A stretch of DNA of 63,954 bases, filler included, from Intoshia linei (Eukaryota; Animalia; Orthonectida), in the NCBI GenBank assembly GCA_001642005.1. It is 3 parts of 3 records of this genome, joined end to end, with 100 filler letters (N's around TTAATTAATTAA, not from the genome) between each part and the next. Parts side by side here need not be neighbours in the genome. Positions count along the whole stretch, not along the records: positions 1 to 20,829 come from LWCA01000667.1; positions 20,930 to 44,870 come from LWCA01000558.1; 1 more part is not named here. One strand, written 5' to 3'. The notes under the pieces were generated by a model. It searched no databases, was not told the DNA's origin, and saw only the letters and a program-made list of their open reading frames with translations. Shown here piece after piece: positions 14,292 to 25,939 of the stretch. Position 1 is the stretch's first letter. Every line of letters starts with the position of its first letter. Made by a program: the position numbers and the translations under genes.

Positions 14292-14761
14292 AAACATAAT
14301 CATCGGTAACAACGAAATTTTGGTATAATTGGCCCCATTTTGCCAAATTCAGTATTAAAAAAATATATTCTTGAATATCGTAAACATTTTTGTATGTTTA
14401 AAATACTATGTATAGTCAAGGGCCCAGGATAGGTGGCTAAAGGCCATATGACAATACATAGTGTTTGCAAAAAAAATTTTAAAACTCTATATTTTATTTT
14501 ATGGTAGAATCTAGTTTTGTAGGTTCGACTGTTAGAACTGCAAATCAGCATTATATGATACAAAGTCGTTTCAAATGTATTAATAATAATAATAAAAAAT
14601 TTAATAATTGATATTAATAAACATAATTAATATACCGTCCCGGCAAAAACTGTAATTGAAATAAGGTCTTTAAAAAATTCTAAGACGGGTAGTTATTTAA
14701 ATAAAGCGTAACACACAGACACACACAAACAAAAATCGCGTAGCATATTATATAAGTTAAA

Positions 14762-15560
14762 ATGCTACGCGATTTTTGTTTGTGTGTGTGTTCAGCTTTA
14801 TTTAAATAACTACCTGTCTTAGAAATTTATAAAGTCCACATTTCAATTACAGTTTTTTCCGAGGGTGTTCGCAAACATAATTTGAACCTCCCAAACTCAC
14901 ATCTTACGTGTCAAAAACCCCAATTGTCCCTCTTTTTGAAAATCAAACAAGTTAAAAAATTTAATAAAATATATACGCTTATACATATTTTAAAATCATA
15001 AACATTACTATAAATTTAAAAAAATTATACCTTCAGGGCCAAAACACCAAATAACCCTTATTTTTTTAATGAAAACAGCCCTATAATTTCAAAAAATTCA
15101 CAGGTGGTACAGTTGTATCCTGTTAACACACACAAAATTTCAATATAAATAAGTAACGACTTCACGTCAAAAAAGCATTTTAGTATTCATATATTTTTTT
15201 ATCCGAATATTTTATTACCAAAAAATGTAAAACAAAAAATGTGAAATAATTAATGGTCCGAAAATTAAATCAAGAAGATTATTCTGATAGAGCTTATTCC
15301 AGTTGATATAAATACAAAATTTCAACCCGAAAAATCTACGCATTCCGATGAAAAATAATTTTTAATATATTATCAACCAATATTTTTCAAATATTTCGAA
15401 TTAAAATAAAAATATAAATATGGATCCTACATATTCAAAAAAATGTGAATTGAATGTCTATACATTTCCAAAAAAGAAATATGGATGAAAATCTATATAA
15501 TTCATTCCTTCGCAATTTTTAAATTTCAAATTCTCATTTTTAAAATATTTTGAATACAAA
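14762..15560 (+). mobile_element. Helitron-like copy (5' half) preceded by an inverted copy of its own 5' end
   Basis: Starts ATGCTACGCGATTTTTGTTTGTGTGTG and continues through the family core. Reverse-complement match to 21230-22030. Confidence 0.75.
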
Positions 15561-15870
15561 TTTATATAGAAACTACAACAACGAACCTAAAAGTCATCAA
15601 CTTTGTTAATATCAGTAATTAATTAATAAAAAAATTAGTTTATATTTATGAGTCATTAAAAATAGATTCTATAACTTTAGAGATAAAATTTTTATTAACG
15701 TAATTTTTGGTTCATTCGTTATGAAAAAATAAATTATTCAAAATTCCGTTAAAATGGAATTTCCGCTAACAAACTACCATAAATAAGGACTTAAACTGTA
15801 TATATAAATATAATTAAACATTGTGGCCCGCGAGTTAATTAAGCTGGGCACCACTGAATTAATGTAAGTA

Positions 15871-17370
15871 AACTGCACCGCAAAACTATGTACAAACTCC
15901 AAATTTTGGCATTAAATATATTTATATTATTCTAATTGAACTCTTATCATGACATGTCAATATGAAGTTGAATCTTAACTAATATGCAAAATTTCGTCAC
16001 ATTTTATCATCTAATTAACTAAATAATTAACAATTCAATTTTACATTCTAAATTTTTGTCGCAAAACTGTGAAATTGTATTTTTTAATTGAGTTTACTAT
16101 CTTAAAAACTTATTTTTAAAATGCCAAAACGTGGTAACTTATTATCGGATTTTGAACAAGGTGTAATACAATCTCTTACCAAAGAAAAGGTACCTATTGG
16201 CCAAATTGCAGATAGATTAGGGAGATCATATAACTGCATAAAAAATTACCTTCTCAGAAGTAAGCTTTACATTCGTGGAGGTGGAAGACCTCAATTATTG
16301 GATGATAGAACGAAAAGGCATATCTGCCTTGAACTTATAAAATATGATTTTCCTACTTCAGCACGTTAATAGCTGATTTGAATCTCAATGTCTCAAAAGA
16401 TACGGTGTACAGGTAATATATATATAATTATATTATCAAAAAAATTTAGATTTTTGGCTAAAAATATATCTCATATTTTAGAGCACCATTATTGTCACAA
16501 CTTAATAAGAAGAATAGATTAAAATAGGCAAAGGAAACGCTATTAAAATTAACAACAAAAAAATTGAACTTGGAACAGGTAACATTCTTAGACGAAAAGA
16601 GATTTTTATTCGACGTCCGTATGGATGTCGAAAATATTGGGCAAAACACAATGAGATTTGAAAATTTTTCGGAAAAAAACTATTCTCGAAAAGCATTGTG
16701 GTATGGGGCAGGAATAGGATTAAACGGTACCACATCTATTTATTTTACCGACCGAAACGTCAATTCAGATGTATATATAGACATATTGACCAAATCCTAT
16801 CTTCCTTTTCATCAAAACGATTATATATTGATGCAGGAAAACGCCAGGCCTTATGTTTTAAAAAAAGTATGGGGTTTATACGTGAAAATAACATACAAGT
16901 TCTTGATTGGCCACCATACAGTCCTGATTGCAATCCCATTGAGAACCTCTGGGTTATAATGGTTCGTCGACTATACCTTGAAACTAAAGTGTATCATAAT
17001 AATATCGAATTAAAGGCAGAAATTAAATGTATATGGGATGCTCTTGACACACAGGAAATAAAAAAATTGGTAGAATCATTTTCCTCAAAAGCAAGCAACA
17101 GGAGGACTTACAACCAAATATTAAAATTGTTATTATATATAAATAAATTACCTTTATTGTATCTTTTATGCGTTTTTCACATAGTTTTGAGACACATATT
17201 TCAAACTTTAAATTTTAATTGTTAGTTATTTAGTTAATTTATTGATGGAATTTCTCGAAATGTTTAATACAAGTTAATAATCAGTATTATATTAAAATAT
17301 ATAATTATAAGTTTAATAAATATATTTAATTGCAAAAATTGGATTTTGCACATAGTTTTGCGGTGCAATT
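15871..17370 (+). mobile_element. Full-length (1.5 kb) Tc1/Tc3-like transposon, decayed
   Basis: TA|AACTGCACCGCAAAACTATGT ... ACATAGTTTTGCGGTGCAATT|TA termini. Inner repeats near 16058 and 17175. Transposase inside. Confidence 0.92.
16121..17110 (+). pseudogene. Tc1-family DDE transposase pseudogene with a short intron
   Basis: MPKRGNLLSDFEQGVI...GRSYNCIKNYL...GGGRPQLL (HTH), FLDEKRF, LMQENA (second D changed to E), WPPYSPDCNPIENLW. Broken by stops and frameshifts. GT-AG intron at ~16413-16449. Confidence 0.9.
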
Positions 17371-17495
17371 TATATACAAACTTATATAATAATAATTATT
17401 AATATGTAATTCTAAAATATTTAATTTTTTATAATTTAGGAATATATAAATAATAAATTTTGTAATTTAAAAGTGTTTCAATTTGATTTACTGTT

Positions 17496-18903
17496 TCACT
17501 TTTTATGTTTTGATAGTAAAACGTGAGTGGAAATTTCGCGATCGGCAGATTTTCTATGAACATCAGATTTAGTATCATTATCGGAATTTTCATGATAATA
17601 GGTATTTGAAGTATCAATTTCATTAGAGTAATTTTTAAATGAATTTATGACATCATCTTGACTGGAATCAAAAGGCATTAGACAAAATAACTAAACAATG
17701 TAAATACAAATATGGAACTGGTAAACTTTATCGTGAAGGTAAATTGGCATATTTAAAGGAGGATTGCATATAACGAAGCGTTTTTTAGGTATATAATCAT
17801 ATTCCAAAGAGTTGAAATCCAACAATCTGTACATACCAATAGAAAGTATTCCATAGTTTCTCAGCAGTACTAGCAAAATGTTTTGATATATGTATTCCTA
17901 CATGGATAATTATAAGTTTAATTCAAAATTTACCTTTACGCCTTCAAAATATGCTGAATCAACTGATATCATTATAAATTTACATCGATCTCTCGCATTC
18001 AGTGTATTTATGGTTGAAAATTGAGACAATGTCATTCCTTCACCTTCAGCCAATATTTTTTCTAGTTGACTGGTAGACCCGCCAGTAATCAAACTTCGTA
18101 AAAGTGAAAGTGAACTTCCATTGAAATATGTCTATTTTATATAATGAACGCAAAAAACTAATATATACCGTGCTCATTAAGGAATCCAACACACTGACTG
18201 CAAATGCTGTCCCACAAGCAAACGGTTGAGTCATGTACAATTCAGTACTTGGATCATCATCGTCATCCTAGTATATTTTTAGAATAAAACATTTATTGAT
18301 ATTACTTGATCCAAAAATTGTACATTTGCATCACTAACTAGACATATCATTATAATAGTACATAACATTATTGTATATGTAATGACCTGTTTCCTCATTC
18401 AAAAAAACATAGGTAGCAAGCAATTAAGATTAAATTTTTCAACTCAAAAAAACGACAAATATTGAAATTTAAAATAATTTTTAATACTGTTTTTTAAAAA
18501 TAAACCACAACTTATAAAATTAATTATTCACTAATAAATTTTCATTAATCTCTAAATGCTGAATTTTACCTAATTCGGTTATAATTGGAATGTTGTGTCC
18601 CATGGTGATTGATTTTTTGGAAGTGTTTTTAGGATGATTTTCTAAATAAAATAAAATGACACATTTAATTAAAATATCTATTATACCTCCCTGTGGGTAA
18701 TTTTTCGTGACAATTGTGGCATTAGGGTTTAAATCGTTGATGGCAAATTTCATAGCTTTGATATTTAAAGAACAAAGTATGGCTTCTTTGTCGGTTAAAT
18801 GTTGATAATCTTCATTATTGGATGTTCTACCCGACAAAATTACGCACATATCACAACTATTTATATTTACAGCTCGTAAATAGGATCTATTTAGAGGCGA
18901 ACC
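17496..18903 (-). CDS. KCNMA1: Slo1/BK calcium-activated potassium channel, RCK2 and C-terminal exons only
   Basis: [48 protein letters not shown]|[11 protein letters not shown]|[33 protein letters not shown]|...[23 protein letters not shown]. Six exons; upstream exons not found. Confidence 0.93.
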
Positions 18904-20829
18904 CTATAATATTGCACCATAAGATATAGTTAAATTTTAATTTTAAATGATATGAATATTAGTCAAAGGCAATGTTTAAAATTAGCCATTCTCAATAGGG
19001 TTGGGAAAAAATTTTTAAATAAAATGACAATATTTTAATTTTTGAACTAAATAAAAGTTTCAAACCGTTTTACTTTTGTGGGTCGGTAAAAAGTTGTAAT
19101 TTTAAATTAAATTTTAATCGTTATTTCTTATCTAATGCATTCATTTACGTTATTTTTAAAAATGCCATACATATTCTTACATACATTAAAAATTAGGGGT
19201 GTGTTTTAAAAATTAAGTGTTGAATACGAAAAAGTTGAGTAATTAATCAAAAATGACAATAAAAAAAAATTATTTAAATTAGATAAAAATTTGTGGGACT
19301 CTCCCGATTTTAAAGATGTCATACAAAAATGTTTTACAAAAATTAAAATGTAACTTTATTTAATGGAATGTTGCCATGGAATGTGTTAGCTATGTTAAGA
19401 GTGATCTTGTGTAGATCGTAACGTTTGATTGTTGCACTTTACATTTTTAAATTCAATTATACCTAGCGTAATCGGGTGTATAACTCATAAAAATGAAGTT
19501 ATAAATACATTCAGTAACGTAGATAATTATATTAAGTACTAGCAGTATTTTCAATAGCATACTACTAGAAAGTTATATACCAAACATTATATTTCATGTA
19601 GAAAATGAATTAACATGATATATTCACTCTAGAGTAAAGTGAGTTTTAACGATAGTTACTCTAATATTGCTCTATCGTTACTTACCTCGTTACTTTTTAT
19701 TTATCGATGTTTAAAATTCTTATATAATTTTATAAAAATTATCATTTTTGATTAATAAACATTTTCTTGAAAAACAAAAATAAATGAGGTAGAATTAAAT
19801 TTAAAGATGTAAAGTGAACAACCAAACATGACGATCAACACAAGACCACTCAAAATAATAATCAATAATAAATAATGTTAAGCTCCGTCATGCACCATTG
19901 CCGTTATTCTATAATATAAAAAATAAATTTTCAAATTATAGCTATATTTATCATTTTGTTTTGGTGTTTGTGGTGGGTTAAATGTAGAAATTTGTCTATC
20001 ATTTCAAAAATTTTAGTCTACTTTTATAAGAGACTTAAGATTGTTATAATCCAACCAAAATTTTATATATCCTTAACCCAATATACCAACAAAATAAAAG
20101 ATTTTATAAATTTTAACCCAAAATATATTATAAACGGGAATGTAATTAATCCAAGCATTTATATGAAAAAGTATTAAAAATCATCACTGTATTATGAATT
20201 TCTTCTTCTTTTGTGTACAAATTTAATGATCGTTTATATTTTTGTAAGGTTCTTTCGGCTAAATCGGTTACAATTTTATACTTTATTGGTTAATTCTTTA
20301 TTTTCGTAATATAGTGATAAAATCTATTCCCATAATATTTAGTTTATCAGAAATGCCAAATGTATTTTTGAAAACATTTCCTATGATAATTTTCATAATA
20401 TTCTATTATTGCTTGATCAAAATGACGTTTAATAAATTGTACAAATCCATAATGATAATGCTACATAATTGTGCAACGGTAAATAAAATCGAAAATGGTA
20501 TATTGTCAAAACTAAACTTACATACAAATTTATAATTTATCTTGTATAATCTATTAATATGAAGAAATTTACTATGGAGTAGGCTTAAATACGACAATTT
20601 GTGCCGATTAATAAATAATATTAATACGCATTAACGTTTTGTATTAAGTTACTCATAATTTTACTTAAAAAATATAAACGAGAATTAAATTTGTCCACAA
20701 TATAATACGAAATTAAAAATATAGTCACCGTTTTAAATAAATTTTAACAAAATACTTTGCATAATTATGTAATCTTTTAGAATAATATATTTTAGATTAA
20801 AATTTATAAAATCATTTATTTTATTGGTG

Positions 20830-20929
20830 NNNNNNNNNNNNNNNNNNNNNNNNNNNNNNNNNNNNNNNNNNNNTTAATTAATTAANNNNNNNNNNNNNNN
20901 NNNNNNNNNNNNNNNNNNNNNNNNNNNNN
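20830..20929. other. Assembly gap (N-run with TTAATTAATTAA spacer)
   Basis: 100-nt N block with an embedded six-frame-stop linker; identical to the block at 44871-44970. Confidence 0.95.
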
Positions 20930-22048
20930 ATAAAGTAAAAACAGTCCAATCCTAAAAATTGTCATAAATAGCATATATTCCAGCAAAATCAACTTATAAA
21001 AACCTATTTTGTAATTTTCAATGAGATAATATATATTCAGAACCAATTTAATAAATACTTAAAAATACCAATTGTGTATCAATAATTAATAGAATAATTA
21101 ATGTTAAAAATGTGTCCATACTTTTTGCCTTTTTTCTTGTGAATGTTACTTTTCTTTTTAGCATTTTCAAATTAAGTTAGTATAAAAACTTTTATAAATT
21201 CGTTGCCGTAGATGTTAAAAAATGTTTGGAAAATGAAAATTTGAAATTTAAAAATTACGTAGCAATGAAAAAAATTCCGAAGGAATCAATTATATAGATT
21301 TTCACACATATGTCTTGACTGGAAATGTGTAGATGTACAATCCACATTTTTTTTGAAACTGTAGGATCAATATTTACATTTTCAATTTTTGATTTTAATC
21401 GAAATATTTGAAAAATATTGGTTGATAATATATTAAAAATTATTTTTCACCGGGAATGCGTAGATTTCTGGTGTTGAAATTTTGCATTATATCAACTGGA
21501 ATAAGCTCTATTAGAATAATCCTCTTTTTAAATTTTCAGATAGTTAATTATTTCATATTTTTAATTTTAATAAAATATTTCGGAAAAAAAATATATGAAT
21601 ACTAAAATGGTTTCTTGATCGTGAAGTCGTCACTTATTCGGATTAAAATTTTTTATGTGTGTTAACATGATACAACTCTACCACCTGTAAATTTTTTAAA
21701 ATTCTAGGGCCGTTTTCAAAAAAAGGAAGGGAATTTGTGGTTTTGGCCATGAAGGTATAATTTTTTTAAATTTAAATTTATGATAATGTTTACCATTTTA
21801 AAATCCGCATCAGCGTATATATTTTTTTAAACTCTTCAATCGTTTAATTTTCAAAAAGAGAGACAATAGGGGTTTTTGACCCTTAAGATGTGAAATTGGG
21901 AGGTTGAAATTTATCTAATTATACACCCGGAAAAAACTGTAATTGAAATGTGGCCTTTAAAACATTCTAAGAGTGCTAGTTCTTTCAAAAAAGTAACACA
22001 CACAGACAGACAAACAAAAATCGCGTCGCATTATTATATAAGTTAGGA
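20930..22048 (-). mobile_element. Longest Helitron-like non-autonomous copy (5' end intact, 3' end runs into the gap)
   Basis: On the minus strand it begins A|TCCTAACTTATATAATAATGCGACGCGATTTTTGTTTGTCTGTCTGTGTG (TC start plus microsatellite). Its distal part matches the hairpin-CTAG-ending fragments, linking core and 3' pieces into one ~1.4-kb family. Confidence 0.8.
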
Positions 22049-22444
22049 TTTTATTTTAATTGGTAAATGATGTTTTATACACAAAAAAATATTTTTGACA
22101 CTAAAAAGTTTAATTCTGAAGTAATTATTCATGGAATTAAATAAACTATTTAAAAAAATAAAAAACACTGATTATTGATTTTATAAAAAAATGGGAATAA
22201 TTATATATAACTAGGCCCTAGTTACTAGAGCAAATCACACATATAAGCAATGCATATTAAGAATCGTTGCCAATTTTTAATAAAAAATAAAGGACAGTGA
22301 TGTAAGGTTGGCAAATATAGAAATTAAGTGTTGATAATTTAATTTTATATTAATTAATTTCATATTGGGTATTGATGTGCGAAATTCGTTAACAAATGTG
22401 AAAAAAAAACTACTAATATTTTCTAACCATTAGATATTTCATAC

Positions 22445-23028
22445 CTGGTGACCATTTCATGTAATGTTCCCATCCTCGACTTTGTTTGACACCTAGGGCA
22501 CGCCATTCAACTTCGGTCATTAATCTATTTGTTGGAATGTATTCTACCAAGTTTTTTGGTAATACTATATGCCTAAAAATACAATAATGTAATAGTAAAT
22601 AAATTGTATCAACTATACAGTAAACCAAAGCTTAGTGGTGGTTTATATTAACAATTTCAAAAAACCCGATAAATCAATCAAGTCAATCGGTTACTGAATT
22701 CACAAAAAATGTTAGTTTACAAAATTTTGAGATAATTATTATCATAAAATTCTATTGGATTGTAATTGAATTATGAAATTTTGTCATTTTTTATAATATA
22801 ACATAATATTTTTTTTAGTAAATTAATGTTTAAATGTAAGTTTAAAGTAAAAATGTATTCAACATGATCAATTTAACAAAAAATATATATTTTTTTTATA
22901 CAGGTTACTAAAAAAGTACAACCAAAAAAATCAAATCATCAAAATGGATATAATAACCTTTAAATTGTAAAAAATTACCGATATTCGTATTCTTGATCAA
23001 AATATTTATCAGAATAGTACAGCTCCAT
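22445..23028 (-). CDS. CKS1: Cyclin-dependent kinases regulatory subunit (Cks/Suc1), exons 1-2; last exon uncertain
   Basis: Exon 1 (23028-22979) MELYYSDKYFDQEYEYR. Exon 2 (22572-22445) HIVLPKNLVEYIPTNRLMTEVEWRALGVKQSRGWEHYMKWSP. Confidence 0.92.
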
Positions 23029-23689
23029 TTAAAATAAAATATAATTTAAATAAATATTTAAAATTATAATTTGAAAATAGCGCGTTAAATTTATTGATGC
23101 TAAAAACTTAGCAATAATAATAATGATTTCCATGACTACAAAAAATATTTACTGAAAACTCTCAATATAAGCCTAATAAGAGATAAACCGGTTACTCTGT
23201 TAGTAATTTCTCGCATACAGTTGAATATAGATTTTTAAAATCTACAAATAAAAAAAAATGGGATTATTTTAATTTATTTAATTTTTTGGCGTAGCTTCAC
23301 TCATATACTCACAAATGAATGATTTATGGAAACCTCTCAGTTAAAATTTAAACTTACTCAAGGAATTTAACTTACAAATAAACATTTAGAATCTGAATTT
23401 TAAACTAAAGTTTTGTCTAATCTGTTCAATTTGAATATATAATTATTTATTATAACTACATTCATTATTGAAAAACCTTGATAAAAAATTTACTACTTTT
23501 TAATTCTAAATGACTTTTATAAATTCTATAAAGTGATAAAATGACATTTTCTACAAAAATACAATGAAAAATAAATTAAGAATGAATTTACACTTTATAA
23601 AGTTGAAATAAAATTTAATTTAGCAAAAATAAAATAAAGTTATTTATAATAATATATCGTTCATTTACGTGTAAAAAGAAAAAACTAAA

Positions 23690-24204
23690 ATGGTTTGTAT
23701 GAGTGTATTATCAGATGCTATGAACGCAATAAACAACGCCGAAAAACGGGGAAAACGACAAGTATTACTCCGAAGTTCTTCCAAAACAATCCAAAAATTC
23801 TTACGAGTTATGTTAAAATTTGGCAAGTTTTGAAAAAATTTAAATTTAATAATTTTAGGATATATAAGTGAATTGGAAATTATTGATGACCATAGATGTG
23901 GTAAAATTGTAGTTTTTCTCAATGGACGTATTAACAAGGTATAATATTGACTAAAAATAATTAATCAATGAAATTTAGTGTGGAGTAATTAGTCCCAGAT
24001 TCGATGTAAAACTTAATAAAATTGAACGATGGACCAGTCGATTATTACCTTCTAGACAATTTGGGTAATATAGAGTTTTTATTTAGTTATAATATAATTT
24101 GTACATTTAGACACATTGTTTTAACTACATCGGGTGGAGTAATGGACCACGAAGAAGCTAGACGAAAAAAAACTGGTGGAAAAATATTGGGATTTTTCTT
24201 TTAA
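23690..24204 (+). CDS. RPS15A: 40S ribosomal protein S15a (uS8), 4 exons
   Basis: Exons 23690-23822, 23859-23938, 23979-24064 and 24111-24204 give [28 protein letters not shown]...[30 protein letters not shown]...[38 protein letters not shown]. Confidence 0.97.
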
Positions 24205-24224
24205 TGTAACTATTTAAAAATTTA

Positions 24225-24920
24225 TTAAAACAATTTCAACATTTCTACTGCCGCAGCTCTGCCTCTGGAGTGAACGTTAATTTTCATGTCACTTATTGTC
24301 TTGTCGACTTGATCCATAAATGTAGTGAAAAAAGTTATAATTTCATCTGATTTCATTGTTTCAATGTGTCGATTCGTGACAAGAAAGCTAATACTGTATC
24401 CCTAATAATTTTTTAATTTTAATAGTGTAATTTTATACTGGTAAAGGTGATCGTCGTAAAATCTTCAACTCTTCAGCTCTACGCATAAAATATCTTGTCA
24501 ATTTATGTGCCAAAACTTTTTCTAAATCGTCCGACTAAATTTGTTAAAAATTATTTGATTTTTTGTTTAAATTTAATGATTAGTTTACTTGTTTTATCAA
24601 AATGCTGATACGCACAGAGTTTACGGACGATTCAATCAGAATTTTTTCCTTTTCATTTCGCGATATGACGAATGTCGTCAGTAGTAGTTCGTTATTACAT
24701 CTAAGGGGAAAATACGTATTTCATTGTTAAAATAATAAACTTTATCTCTACTTCTGGTTTATTATGTCCATCTACGTTTTGTGAATCAAAATTTCGGATA
24801 CAAAAGCATACTTTCAGTGTTCTATGAATTGCAGTTAGGTATGATTTTAATGCAATGTTTTGAATCTATTTTATTGTTATTGTTTTAATGGAGGATACCA
24901 ACCTTTACTTCTGAACTCAT
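24225..24920 (-). CDS. ARPC4: Arp2/3 complex subunit 4 (p20-Arc), 5 exons, divergent
   Basis: [12 protein letters not shown]...[69 protein letters not shown]...[26 protein letters not shown]. Confidence 0.93.
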
Positions 24921-25251
24921 TTTATCTTGTTTAATTTGAACTATGTAAATACTTTGTCTATGGTAATTGTTTTTTGTTAGTTCGATTTTACAATTTACAT
25001 ATGTTGTTATTGTTTAGTTTAGTATGATTTAATGAAGGACCATCCACAATATTTCAGTCAAATAATTTGTGCCTGATCATCAGGCCCTGATGCGTTTAGA
25101 CCCTTCAATATGAACATTTATTTATTATTAATTTTACACTCTACTTAAACTAATAATGAATTCATTTTTGGGGTAAAGCAGTGGTTCCCAAACTTTTTCC
25201 ACCATGGATCAATTGTCAAAAAAATCCCCTTAACACGTCACTAAGGTTATA

Positions 25252-25787
25252 CAGTCCGCCTCGGTGTGGGGCATACTCATGTTTTGGGGCACTTTTTCAG
25301 AATTATGTTAATTTTATAGTATTTGCATCGATGCCATAGCAAAGTATGTGAAATTAACCCCGCTTTTGGGGCAAAAATGTTATAAACATTCAAGTGTAAT
25401 TCATATAGTGATGACATTAAATTAAAATTATATTTATTTAAATATTTTACATTTTCATATGTATTTATCATAATTCATTAATTTTTCATTCATGCCTATA
25501 TTTTAATATCTTTTAACTTAATTACTATTCTAGATTACAAAGTAACTATAATTCTAAAAAGTATATAATTAAAAAAATATTCATAACTTTGATTTGAGAT
25601 TTTGTTTAACAGGTATTTACCTGAAAATATCACCCTAAACCGTGTCGGACTTTAATAGAAACAAATATAATATCATAATATATTGCAATAGTTTAAATAT
25701 TCAATGAAAAATTAGATAACTTACTAAAACCTCTGATTTTGGGGCACTTTTCAAAAAATGGTGCCCCAAATAGTGGAGGTCCGACTG
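25252..25787. mobile_element. pogo/Tigger-like MITE
   Basis: TA|CAGTCCGCCTC ... GAGGTCCGACTG|TA termini, internal TTTTGGGGCA repeats. Near-identical copy at 28575-29015. Confidence 0.75.
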
Positions 25788-25939
25788 TACTTGGAATTTC
25801 CAAGTTGGTAATGAGAAACTACATAGTAATGATAAAAATAACGATGGCATCCATATTTTTATATTTAAAATTTGTATACAGTCCATTCCCATTTTTTTCG
25901 AAATTGTAAGATGAATATTATTTATTTGAAAATAATCCA

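Noticed and set aside
20830-20929. TTAATTAATTAA palindrome inside N-runs (also 44871-44970)
   Set aside because: Identical artificial scaffolding spacer with stops in all six frames; not biological.
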